This document shows, piece by piece, positions 25,597 through 38,200 of a stretch of DNA of 64,000 bases. Every line of letters starts with the position of its first letter. Position 1 is the stretch's first letter. Position numbers and translations under genes: made by a program. Below the pieces are notes generated by a model. That model saw only the letters and a program-made list of their open reading frames with translations, had not been told where the DNA came from and searched no databases. Origin of the DNA: Takakia lepidozioides (lineage: Eukaryota; Plantae; Bryophyta). The DNA lies in NCBI GenBank assembly GCA_030704615.1, contig CM060733.1, positions 33,728,001 to 33,792,000 on the forward strand, written 5' to 3'.

Positions 25597-26189
25597 AAGA
25601 GCAGTTATGGATCCTTCGGACCAAGGGAGGCAGGGGGATTGTTAGTTGATTCTTGTTCTCAATAGTGGGAAAACATTTTGAATCTCATCTGCACCCTTGG
25701 TCGGAACCACTGTCACGGATGTGCCTTTTAATTGCTGAGAGGCATATGGACACCAGAATCTGTTTGAACTCATGATATGAACAGTCTCACCCTTGATGGT
25801 GTGGTGCTTCGATGTTCTTATACATCCAAGTTTCATATGCCTGTTGGGTGGAGTAGCATGTGTAAATAAAGCTCGATTTGTAGCGTTTTAATTGATTCTT
25901 TGGTGTTGAAGCTGACATGCCCACGCACACATTCACAGCAACCTTTAGTAAAAAAGATAAATTTTGTGTATGGTCCCCTGGCCACAGTGGGTACACCCCA
26001 ACATCTATTCCTTCCTTCCGATGGCTATTGTGGATAAACCTGCATGTATAGTTTAGAAAAAAGGGTGTTTGAGAGCTTCTTTTGCTCTTGTGCCAGGTTT
26101 AGGGTGCCTTCATGTTCTTGCAATGAAAGATTGATACAAGTCATGCGGTATTCTGTTTCCCTCTTGAATGGAATGTACCGTCTCCTAGC

Positions 26190-26862
26190 TCTGCCCAAAC
26201 CTCACCATGAATGAGGTTCCCAAAATGTATTGCTGTGGTAGTTTCAACCAAGTTCTCTGTCTCTTTCTTCTTCCTTCCAAGGTGTTGCAAGCTATGGCAG
26301 GCAAATGGCATAATGTACACTTACTACCAGCTCTCACAACCTTGGACAATGCACAAACACAGCCTGACAGTTCTAAACTCCTCTGTATCCCTAACCATGT
26401 GTAAACCTGCGGAGCGTCCGTCCAGTCCATCCCCTCACCACCAGGGGGTGCAAACGTGTCGTGTGAACCTGACTTCAGGTCCGTCCTGTATCAGCATATC
26501 GATCGTCCTGATGCAACTGTCTACAACGATCAGTTTATGTGTATACAAGCACTGTAGAATGTGGGTGTCGATATCCTTGTCCTCCTTCCATCAGCTCCGT
26601 CGCTACCTCCTGGAGTGTCCTAGCTTCTCATACAGTTCTCTGCATAAGCCGGAGCCCCTGGAAGAGGTCATGTTGCTCGGGGGCATTTGCAACAGGTTTC
26701 TCTTGAAGTGAGGGTAACGACAAGGCTCTAGAAGAAGAAGAGGACGGCCAAAGCCGCCGTAACTAAGAGCCACTTCGCCTTGCGGGTACTGCCCCCTTTC
26801 GATGGTGGGCTCGATACATAATATACTTCAATCCCGCTGCAAGTTCCAGGAAGCCCAAGCAT
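26190..26862 (-). pseudogene. Decayed gene fragment with an N-terminal signal-anchor-like segment; identity uncertain
   Basis: MLGLPG..PPSKGGSTRKAKWLLVTAALAVLFFF-stop followed by broken frames. An ~80-bp piece recurs at 35346-35438. Confidence 0.35.
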
Positions 26863-26986
26863 TTTGAGCTACGTAGATTCCAGAGCTGCTGCTCTAGGCC
26901 CCGCCCCAATCTGATACCGATATCACAATTCCTGAGGCAATTATGGAGCTGCCAAAGATGTACGTTTTGGTCCTGTTTGCATGCAG

Positions 26987-29900
26987 GCCAAGCGAAAAAT
27001 AGAAGAGGGCTTCTGCAGGACTGCATGTCAGATCCTTCACAATGGTTGAACAACAAGTCTGAGAAGGTGAGCCAATATTCAATAATGATGTGAAAAGTTT
27101 GTAAAGGAAGGGTTGTCACTGAAGCTGGTCTGACGATGTTTTGTACGCTATATCGTATCTCCATTTGCTCCATCTTGTAAAAATTGGAGAAGCGAATCTT
27201 ACTGTTGCCATGTGAATCTTGCATGTTGAAAGTAGGCAGCTCAAGATTGTTCCTTGTGGAGGGTTTTGGTGGTGATAGCTGGTTGTCAGTAAGCTGTGGT
27301 CGTGTTGCTACTCATCTGTCCTCTCCTGGCTTTCACAGGAAATTCCACGACCACCAGACTTCAGAGATAAGTACACAAAGGAGGTCCTTGGTATTGAGAG
27401 CTGGTCCGACCCTCCTTGGATGAAAGCAGCCATGAGACAAGGTGCAATACAATCTGGTGATAATTCTAATTTATATGTACCCCTTGGAGCTTCAGGATGG
27501 GTATTATTTGATGACGATTCAAGTTCCCACTCAAATACATGGCATACTTTATTCTCAAAGTAGATGTCTGCAGTGATCTTGTATCTGTTAATAGGCCTGT
27601 CCTCCTGAAGATGTCTTCATACAAAACATCTAGGATTGCAGCCCCTTGGAGAATTGGAGGAGTTGATGACTGCACTAGTTTTGTAAGTCTTCATCTATTG
27701 AAAAAAGTTTGTCTTCATGCAGAGATCTTTCTTTCAAATACCCAGGACCTTTGAAATTCATCACAAGATTTGCAGTGTAGAAGTTTATGGCTGAGGGTTT
27801 GAGTCATGCAGGTTGGCACAGTTGTATCAGACAAAGTTGTTCACTGGTAGCACCTCCACCATTGCGACTGCCTTTGAAAGTCATCCAAGAGGGAGGGTCA
27901 GCAAAGACTCTTCTGGCACTTTTGGGGATATGAGGAGGCTATGCAAGGCTGGTCGACTAAAAGAGGTGCTGCATGTGTTGAACCAGCAAGGCGTTCAGGC
28001 AGACTCCTATACTTATGTCTGTATCTTGCAGCAGTGCATCAACATGAAAGGCCTAGCAGAGGGAAAGCAGGTGCATGCCCAGATAGCCCGAAGCGGATTC
28101 AAGCCAAATATCTTTGTACTCAACACACTTGTCAACATGTACTCCAAGTGTGGGAGCTTGGTGGATGCACGGCGAGTGTTTGACAATATGCTTGAACGAG
28201 ATATGTTTACATGGACTACAATGGTAGCAGCGTATGCCAAACAAGGGTGTGGCAGGGAGGCTTTCAAGATCTATGACCAAATGCAACATGCAGGGTTTAC
28301 ACCGAACAGGGTCACATTCATTTGCATTGTCAGTGCATGCACCAGCATAAGAGACTTGGGAAAGGGCAAAGAGGTCCATGCTGACATCAGCAAAGCTGCA
28401 ATTGGGGCAGACATCATCCTGGAGACTGCCCTTGTCGATATGTATGCGAAATGCGGGAGCATGAAGGATGCACGTCAAGTGTTTGAGGGTATGATTAAAC
28501 GAAATGTGGTCACGTGGAGTGTCATGATAGCAGGCTATGCTCAGAATGGATATGATAGGGAGGCTTTTGAGATGTATGAGCAAATGCAGCGGGAAGGAGT
28601 GAGGCCCGACCAGGTCACATTCATTTGTGTTCTCCATGCGTGCGCCAGCCAGGGATCCCTCAGAAAAGGCAAAGAGGTCCATGCTTCCATCATCGAAGCT
28701 GGAATTGTCTCTTATATTAATTTGGAGAATACCCTTATTGACATGTATGCCAAATGTGGGAGCATGAAGGATGCATGCCAAGTTTTCGACACAATGGTAA
28801 AACGAGATGTGGTCTCATGGAGTGCAATGATCGCAGGATATGCTCAGCACGGGTGTGGTCAGGAGGCTTATGAGATCTATGAGCGGATGCGACGGGAAGG
28901 TGTCACACCGAACAGTGTTACATTCACTTGCGTTCTCAATGCATGTGCCAGCCTAGGAGCGCTTGAAAAGGGGAAGCAAGTGCATGCTGACATCGGCAAA
29001 AGTGGACTTGCACCAGATATAATTCTTGTTAATACCCTTGTGGGTATGTATGCCAAATGTGGGAGCATGAAGGATGCTCGCCAAGTGTTTGACAGTAGTG
29101 GTGAACGAGATGTGATATTGTGGAATGCCATGATCACAGGATATGCTCAGCATGGGTGTGGCAGGGAGGCTTTAGAGACATATGAGGAAATGCGACGGGA
29201 AGGGTTGATGCCTGACAAGGTTACCTTCGTTTGTGCTCTTAATGCGTGTGCCATCCTTGGAGCCCTGGAAAAGGGGAAGGAGGTCCATGCTGACATCACG
29301 AAAGCTGAAATTATGCCATTTATCAATTTGGAGAACACCCTTCTTGCCATGTATGCCAAATGTGGGAGTGTACATGATGCACGTAGAACTTTTGACAGTA
29401 TGGCTCAACGAGATGTGATCTCATGGAATGCTATGATAGGAGGATATGGCCAGCATGGGTGTGGTAGAGAGGCCCTTGGACTATTTGAACAAATGCAGCA
29501 GGAAGGCTCGAAGCCAAACAGTATTACCCTTCTTGTCCTCCTCTCTACATGCAGGCATGTGGGCCTGGTGGATGAAGGCCGTCATTACTTTTTTTCCATG
29601 GGTCAAGATCACGGCCTTACTCCCACTGTCGAGCATTTTGGCTGCATGGTGGACCTTCTTGGCCGTGCAGGCCTACTGGATGAGGCAGAGGATTTCATCA
29701 CCAAAATGCCAGTCATGCCAGACCTTGCAGTATGGAGGCCTTTGCTTGGCGCCTGCAGCGTTCATGGTGATGTCGAGGTAGGAGAACGTGCAGCTAAAAG
29801 CATTCTTCAGAGTGATCCACTGTAGGCCGCATCTTTGTGCTGCTTGCGGTAGAGGGGTCAGAAAGCAGTGGCTGAGAGCGGTATGGAGCTGGATAAACAG

Positions 29901-30200
29901 ATGCATACGTTCTTTGCAGTCAATCAAAGATTGATTGCATCCACCAAAAGGGAAGTTCCCTCCTGTCTGAAGAGATTGTTGGCAGATGATGGAAGCTGTG
30001 CCCATCTGATGGTCACTTTGTTTTGCATGGTCTGGATGAGCCATGGCTTTGAGGCACACCCCTGGGAGTTTTGCGTCTCTAGAATCGCCCATCGCACCAA
30101 GTTCATGGTGGAAGATTATTGGGCGAGCTTGCTATACAGGATTGCGAACTTTTTCCACCACTTTAAAGATGGGGTGTGTTTCTGTGGAGGCTACTGGTGA
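26987..30200 (+). pseudogene. PLS-PPR paralogue (PPR3): PDF exons 26987-27066 and 27339-27500, PLS ORF 27813-29825, decayed E2/DYW to 30200
   Basis: Intact PLS array stops at KSILQSDPL; remnant FHHFKDGVCFCGGYW downstream. Upstream exons encode SDPSQWLNNKSEK|EIPRPPDFRDKYTKEVLGIESWSDPPWMKAAM; the second exon has a frameshifting deletion relative to PPR2. Confidence 0.85.
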
Positions 30201-32157
30201 AACAGGCATCAGTTGTGACATTCTAAAATTCTCTATCCAGTGATGGTCATTAAATTGCCCAATCACAAATTGGGAGAACCGTGTGGTTGACCTTGGTTTC
30301 ACCCAATGTCCGAAGTCCTCACTCAAGAAACAGAAAATATCCATGTTGAGCCTGAAAGTATTTAACATTACATCCTGTACAGCAACTGTTGCAGGCACAC
30401 ATGTAGATATACATTCTTGCTCATCAGCAAGAAGAAAACCATGGACAGGTAAAGAGAAATCATCTTCATATTGTCGAAACATCTTCAGGATTTCGTAGTT
30501 GGCGAGCGTGCAGAACAGGAGGAAAACATGTGGTGGCGGAGGGAGATCTTCAGGACAGCATTCACATTTGAAGTCTTGACCATACCCATGACAAACTATG
30601 ACCATCCTGCATTCACATGTGAAGTGGTGCAGGTTTTTCATGGTCATGATTTGTCATGGGTTTGGTCAGGACAGCTAGAAGTTACAACTTCATTTTCTGT
30701 GATCTCCCCAAGATGCCCAGTCAGGGTCTGTGTACTTAGTACTTACCTCTGTTAAATACATTTCTGCTGATTATAAGGCAAGTTGATTAAACCCACTCTG
30801 CCTTAATGATTAAACCAAAATATATATTGCACACAGCTACTGGCATTGGAGACTTGCATCTTGTGAAGTGTGCATGCCCAATTTTCTCATTCAAACTGCA
30901 ACTTTATGAAATAATTGTTCAACACCTCAAAGCAGTGCATGCCTGACATGGAGAATTTGGTCCACGCCAATTCAATCCGCTCTGAACGATGCACTCACTG
31001 CATTTGCAGTGTGTTGGAGTATTTTAATCTTTACAACTGTAACACCCTACAAGGTAGACTGCGGGAAGTGATCAAAAACATTATTAGTCTTCATGGACAC
31101 CATAGTCCATGTGAGAACATGCACAAAAGGCTTCCTGAAGGAAGTAGTGAGTGCCCATGTTCATATGGGGAGTGCTTGACCATAAAGATGAGGTCTTTAA
31201 GCTTGACAAGACCTCAAACTTGCAGTTGATGTGCAATTCACACGCACCCAGGAAAGCATATATCACAAATTCAACAGAAAGTTCATCATCAGCCCTAGAA
31301 TCACCTGTCTCAGTGTGAAAGGGGGGTTTAATTCAGATCAAAGCATACAGGAAGAATTGAGGATTGCAGCAAACAGAAGGATCTCAGACAACTCAAACCT
31401 CGGTTTGAAAGATTGTGACGAATCTGAGGCTACTGTGATCATTCTCCAGTTATTCGCGACAATATGCTTCATCATGTCTCCTCAAAGCCTTAGGAGTTGG
31501 GCAGTGGGCTGTGAGTTAGTATCAACTTCCTCCACTCAATCTGATCTGCATGTTTGTTAGACTGGCATAGATTGATGACAACATCGAAAGCCATCCCTTC
31601 TGCTCATTTCCAAAAAGACCTCAATCAGAATTTCAGAAGAGACAACCCACATCAGAAAAGCATTAAGCAGGCCTATCATGTCGCCAGATCGCCAGATCGT
31701 TTCCATGCGAGTGTAGTTGTTCTTAATTTACATTAGAAGTACACAGGGTCTTGTACTACAACCTGAATAATATGCCTAGAGCTCAACAGCTCGCTGCCTT
31801 GAGTCCTCCTGGCCTCCAGGTACAGGATGTCGGCCAACATTATGGCTCCTGAATCCTGTCGAGGTGGTATATAGAGAGCCCCAAAAGTGGTCATGGGTCG
31901 GCATGATTACGGCGCCTCTTTGGTGCCCTTTCGGGGAAGGGCTGCTAGTGATCATACCGCCTCAGTAAAATAAGTGGCGGGGATCGCAGGCCGAGGAAGT
32001 CCTTTCCAGACTAATCCTACTTCTCAAGGCATGTATCCTTCATTTACTATTCGTCGCAGTAGGTTATGGTGACGTTCGTACAAGAAGAGGGCAGTCTGTC
32101 CACGATCGAGATATATGGCGACTGGCAGGCCCAATTCCAGGCTGGATTCCAGATCCA

Positions 32158-32947
32158 CTAGACAAAGTTTGGAGACAGGCGAGGCCCAGCATCCAGAACA
32201 TGGTGTGAATGTTGAAGCATCGACCACATGACATGAACGTCTTCATAACCACAGGAGCGTACATCATTGTACAGCTTTCCGACGCCCCGCCCTACAGCAT
32301 CCACAACCTTTCTATCAGCAGATGGCACTACGCTCACTCCAAATGCAGACAAGATCTTGGACACATTGATAATTACACCGACAGGGAAAATCCTACTTGC
32401 ATAGCTCAGAATGCACAGGGCTACAAATGACAGGAGTTGGCATGTCAAGGGCCATGAATCGGCAGTCGAGGGACAGGGGTGAAGGACCATCACCAGGGAG
32501 AAATTGGAATCAACTAATGCAAATCCTTGACGAAAAACACAACAAAAATACACACAACTCAATCGTCCGTTAGCATCTGCATCTAGAAACAGCTACTAAA
32601 CTCGGTAACAAGATCTGAAACAACTCTCCAACGAAATGCTCTTCCAAATTCATCTCGTCAATTGTACAAGACAAGACGCCGCATGACCAGACGTAACCCG
32701 CCAAATCCTACTCCTCACTTGCCCATCCTAGTCCTCCAATTCATCTCATTCCTAACCTCCAACCTCCCAAGGTCCAAAACACCCGCAGTTCCCTCCGGCC
32801 ATCCTGAGCAAGCAAGCATTGCAATCTGAAATCAAGACTAGAAAATCGCGAGCAGGACGACCTACCACGCTTATGCGGTCGCATTCTGCACATGAAAACG
32901 CCTCCCATTCTTCTAAAGGGAGCCGCCAGCTTCCGCAGCCATCCCAT
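32158..32947 (-). CDS. Small conserved uncharacterised plant protein, 71 aa (exons 32947-32866 and 32291-32158)
   Basis: MGWLRKLAAPFRRM..HKRG|RGVGKLYNDVRSCGYEDVHVMWSML; the LxxDVxxCGYEDVxVMWxML motif marks a widespread plant family; phase-1 GT-AG intron. Confidence 0.85.
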
Positions 32948-33799
32948 GACTGCAGCTGCTTCCAAACCTCCCTCCGAACAGAGTCGAGCTTGATTGCAAG
33001 CTGAAATAGAAGCAAAAGATGCAAGGCGACAAACAAGGTAGAAGGCCCACAGCCCTGCCCCACCCTCTTCCCCTCCGCCTCTAGTCTCTACTGCATGGCC
33101 GCCATAGCCGGATCCCCTTTCCTCCCTCCTTTCCTTAACCCGAGCCTCCGCCTCTCGGGTTAGACTCTGACCTTGGTTATTTTTCCAGGCAGCCTTTGAT
33201 TTTCACGGCGTCAATGATCGCAAATATATAAATAATAAATAGGATTTTTCTGGTTCGCTGGATTGACAAAGACCCGCGAAATTTGATTTCTGTTTTTCCC
33301 CGTCCAAACGATGCCTTGCCGGCGGTCAATTCCAGTCAAACTTCAGTCCTTACCGTGGTTAGTTCAAGCTGGCCAACCACGGTCATCCACTAGACCCTAT
33401 CCACACTTCGAAATGTTCGTACGCGCCTCACGTGCGCCCAAACGTGGCGATGCAGACGTGGAATTCATTAGCCTCGCATGACTTTCATCCATCCCCACCA
33501 ATTTCCGGCCACGAGAGTTGCCGGTCCACATGTCCCGGTATTTACGAATTTACGTATTTACCTCACCCGGCCATTAGTAAGCCTTTTTCTACTTTTTCTC
33601 CTTTACTACCGTTATCTGAAATAACAGACGTAATAAATTCGGTGTAATTTATTATTTATTCAAGAATAAAAAAATAAAAGAAGAAGATACAATTGGAGAG
33701 ATCTTCATTTTATTTTACTTTATTATATTTAATTATGTTTAATAATGGGACAGAGCCCAGTAGATAACCAACAGGAGGCCCGGTGTAATAATGATAAGA

Positions 33800-34440
33800 G
33801 ATAAAGAAAACATAAAAAAAATAAAAAGGGAATGATAGCTTCCCTCCGGGAAGATAATAGGAATAATGTTTTTATTTTATTTTTTTAAAACAAATGTAAG
33901 AACTTAATGCACGCGTGCAACCTCAGACAGGATGTCAAATCTTCCCCACCCTCTCTTGAGAGTGACAAGGTACTGAAAGGAGTGTCAACTCTAGTGGGGG
34001 TTACACTGGATTATATGACAACGAGGTAGTAACTCCACTTGAGGTTACATCAAGTTACACGATGAGGTGTGTAACTCCACTCCGGGTTACACAAAATGGA
34101 GTGTAACTCCAGTCGGTGTAGCCCACACTTGGTCTCCAAATTTCACTAACCCCCTTGGGTAACCCCCTTGGGTTGTTAAGTATTTAACAGTGAAACCGAG
34201 GTAAGAAAGGGTGGGGAGGATTTGACAGGGACCTTGCCCGGGGTTGGAATCGGTGAAAGTACTATCAGATCACACGCGTCCATTAAGTTCTTACATTATT
34301 CCTATTGTCTTGGTTTCCGCGTCCATTAAATTCTTACATTATTCCTATAGTCTTCCTTTTCTTTGCCTTTTAAAAAAAACCAAAAATAAAAACGGTAAAG
34401 AAAAGCTATCATTCCTTTTTTCTTGTTTTCCTTTTTTTAA
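33800..34440. mobile_element. Imperfect nested palindrome, MITE/foldback-like non-coding element
   Basis: Inverted pairs: tgtcaaatcttccccaccctctctt (33933-33957) / aagaaagggtggggaggatttgaca (34203-34227); tgtaagaacttaatgcacgcgtg / cacgcgtccattaagttcttaca; aataggaataatgt / acattattcctatt; ggaatgatagctt / aagctatcattcc. Confidence 0.65.
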
Positions 34441-35261
34441 ATGAACAGGGGACTTTCGATTTTAGTTTTAAACAGGGGCATTTTTTTTTAATCAGTCCTT
34501 TTCCAGCCGAGGGAAAAAGAAAAGTGAAGACTATAATATAAATCTCTGTCGGTAAATTGAGAATCCACTTCATTCATCCATCCATCGGGGCACTGGTGTT
34601 CTTCATCCATGCAGACATGGATGGATGAGTAGATGATGGATGCCGTACGGCTCACAGAGCAGGCAGAGAGCACTCAGGTCACGGCGCACCCACCATGGTT
34701 AAGTCGGGGACCCACAAAGAATGGGCCGCAAATTATTGGTCCCGAGCTATGCGGCCAAGACAAACTACGGGTGGGGCCAATGAATGCGGTCCACGGATGC
34801 GGAGTGGCGGGACTGCGAGTGACGACAAATCGTAGTATTGTGCGACGGTGGTGGGTGCCACGGCGGGCGACCCAGGTACATTGATGCAGACGTACATTCA
34901 TCGATAATTGGGCTTCGCATTCATCCATGCGGGGGTTCGGCCACGCGTTATTCACGTGCACCGTCGACAGTACTGGCCAAGTCCCACGCGTTCAATTCGA
35001 GCACGTGGCATGCAAACCGCATGGCGGGAACCGGAATCGCCGCGCGGGCCGGCAACGCGAATGCCCACGACTTGGGCCGACCCGCTATTTTGGCGATGAC
35101 TGGGGCGCCGGTGCCTACGGCCGTGGCGTCAGAAAGCTCTCGTTTAGCCGGGAGCACATGTGGATGAAATCTTGAGCTTCATCGAATTAGCTTCAGCGAG
35201 CGAGGGGGTTTTCATTCAAAATATAAAAATTCAAAATAGGTCTGTTGCATGGAATGGTTGT

Positions 35262-38200
35262 CTGAGCACAAGAGTAAAGCCCATGTTGGAAGTGATGGAT
35301 GCGGTTGGCATCCCACACCACAGTAGCTCGACCAACTATCTTTGACAAGAAGAAGAAGACGACTCCTCCGGCCAAAGCCAGCGTAACTAAGAGCCACTTC
35401 GCCTCAGGGCTACTGCCCCCTTTCGAGGGTGGGCCTTGCTTTGAGATGAACTTGGTGGCTATCTGGCAGTCGCCGTAGACCCGAAGGTTCTTTGATGACA
35501 TGGAGAGGCGTCCAAGGGTGTGCTGATGTGCCCGAATGCAATGGCCAGCTTCTCACTGTAGGAAAGATCTCTTTGCTCCTAGTCCGCATGATGCGATACA
35601 AAGCGGGTGTCAGGCAAGTATCCAGCTGCACGGCCAGTCTCTCCAGCTCCGCGTGGATTTCGTCAATTTGTGGCTGCAATTTGTTTGTCTACGACGAATG
35701 TGTGCACCCGGTTGTTGATGCCAGGGGGGCTGCACCCTGGCTGCCTTTTCACACCTCTGTCCTGCATAATTCTCCTCACTTTTGCGGTGTCATCCCACCT
35801 CCCAGCTGCAGCATAGATGTTCGACAGCATCACGTAAGTTGCTGCATCCTGTGGATCGCACTTGAGAAGGCCTGTGGCCGCACGTTCTGCCACCTCCACA
35901 TTGCCATGAATTCTACAGGCACCAAGCAAGGCACCCCACACTGCAGCACTTGGTTCGATTGGCATTTTGTTAATGAGGTCTTCTGCCTCCTCTAATCGCC
36001 CTGCACGGCCAAGCAGGTCCACCATGCAGCCAAAATGCTCCACCGTGGGAGTGACGCCATGATTTTGGGTCATGGATTCAAAGTAGTGGCCGCCTTCATC
36101 CACCAGGCCCACATGGCTACATGCAGAGAGAACACATGCCAAGGTGATCCCATTCGGCTTCGAGCCTTTCTGTTGCATTTCTTCAAAGAGTTGCAGAGCC
36201 TCCATACCATGCCCATGCTGAGCATATCCTGCGATCATTGCACTCCAGGATACCACGTTTCGTTCTGCCATATTGTCAAACACTTGACGTGCACCCTTCA
36301 TGTTCCCGCATTTGGCATACATGTCAGCAAGGGCAGTCTCCACAATGATGTCTGGCAGGCTTCCAGCTTTGAGGATGTCAGCATGGACCTGTTTGCCCTT
36401 CTCCAGGGCTGCCAGGCTGGCACACGCCTTCAGAACAGAAATGAACGTCACCTTGTCAGGTGTCACTCCTTCGCGTATCATCTGCGCGTACAGTGCCACA
36501 GCCTCCCTACCATGGCCATGCTGGGCATACCCCGCGACCATTGCGTTCCACGAGACCACATTTGGCTTCAAGGCTTCCTGTTGCATCTGTTCAAAAAGTT
36601 GCAGGGCCTCCCTACCACACCCATGCTGAGCATATCCTGCAATCATTGCACTCCATGAGACCACATCCCGCTCAGCCATATTGTCAAAAACTTGACGTGC
36701 GTCCTCTAAGCTCCCACATTTCGCATACATGTCAACAAGAGTATTCTCCAAATTTACATACGAGGCAATTCCAGCTTTGATGATGTCAGCATGGACCTCC
36801 TTGCCCCTTTCCAGCGCAGCCAGGCTGGCACAAGCCTTGAGAACACAAATGAAAGTGACCTTGTTGGGCAGCACCCCTTGCTGTATCATTTGCTCATACA
36901 TTGCCAAAGCCTCCCCACCAGACCCATGCTGAGCATATCCTGCAATCACAGCATTCCATGACGCCACGTCCGGCTTCAATCCTTCCTGTTGCATCTGTTC
37001 AAATAGTTGGAGGGCCTCCCCACCACACCCATGCTGGGCATATGCAGTGCTCATTGCATTCCATGACACCACATCTCGTTCAGCCATATTGTCAAACACT
37101 TGACGCGCATCTTTTATGCTCCCGCATTTGGTATACATGGTGACCAGGGCAGTCTCCAGCACGACATGTGGTGCAATTCCAGCTCTGATGATGTCGACGT
37201 GGACCGCTTTCCCCCTTTCGAAGTCTGTCAGGATGGCACACGCATTGAGAACACAAACAAAGGTAACCCTGTCAGGCTTCACCCCTTTCTGTACCATTTG
37301 ATCATACATTGCCAAAGCCTCCCTACCATATCCATGCTGAGCATATCCTGCAATCATGGCACTCCATGAGACGACATTTCGTTGAGCCATATTGTCAAAC
37401 ACGCGACGGGCCTCCTGTATGTTCCCGCATTTGGCATACATGGTGACAAGTGCAGTCTCCAGAATGATATCTGCCACAATTCCAGCTTTTCTAATGTCAG
37501 CATGAACCTCTTTGCCCTTGTCTGAGTTTCCTAAACTGGCACATGCATTCAGAACACAAATGAAGGTGACCTTGTTTGCTGTCACCCCTTCACATACCAT
37601 TTGCTCGTAGATATTGAGAGCCACACTACCATACCCATTCTCAGTATATCCTTCAATCATGGTGCTCCAAGCAACTACATTTGGTTCAGCCATATCGTCA
37701 AACACTTCATGCGCATCCTTCATGCTCCCGCATTTGGCATACATGCTGACAAGGGCAGTCTCCAAAATAACATCTGGAACAATACCAGCTTTGCACATGT
37801 CAGCATGAACCTCTTTGCCCTTTTCGAGGGAGGCCAAGCGGGCACATGCCTTGAGGATGCAAGTGACAGTGACCCTATTAGGCGTCACCCCTTCCCCTTT
37901 CATTTGCTCATAGATCTCAAAGGCCTCCCTAACACATCCATGTGTGGCATATCCTGCTATCATTGAATTCCAGGTAAATAAATCTCGTTCTGGCATTTTG
38001 TCGAACACTATGCGTGCATTTACCACACTTCCACACTTGGCATACATGTTGATAAGGCTGTTGAGCAAAAAGGTGGTTGGCATGATTCCGCTTTGGATGA
38101 TGTGAGCATGCACCTGCCTTCCCTCTGCTAGGCCTTTCATCTTGATACACTCCTGCAAGAGACAGACATAAACCGTGGAGTCTGCCAAAATGCCTCTTTG

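Noticed and set aside
28053-28781. Recurrent antisense ORFs over PPR genes (also 36035-36658 and others)
   Set aside because: By-products of repeated PPR codon patterns with no independent coding signal.
35346-35438. DYW insert as a new intron
   Set aside because: No register of the 6-bp duplication gives GT/GC..AG with exact 99-nt removal.
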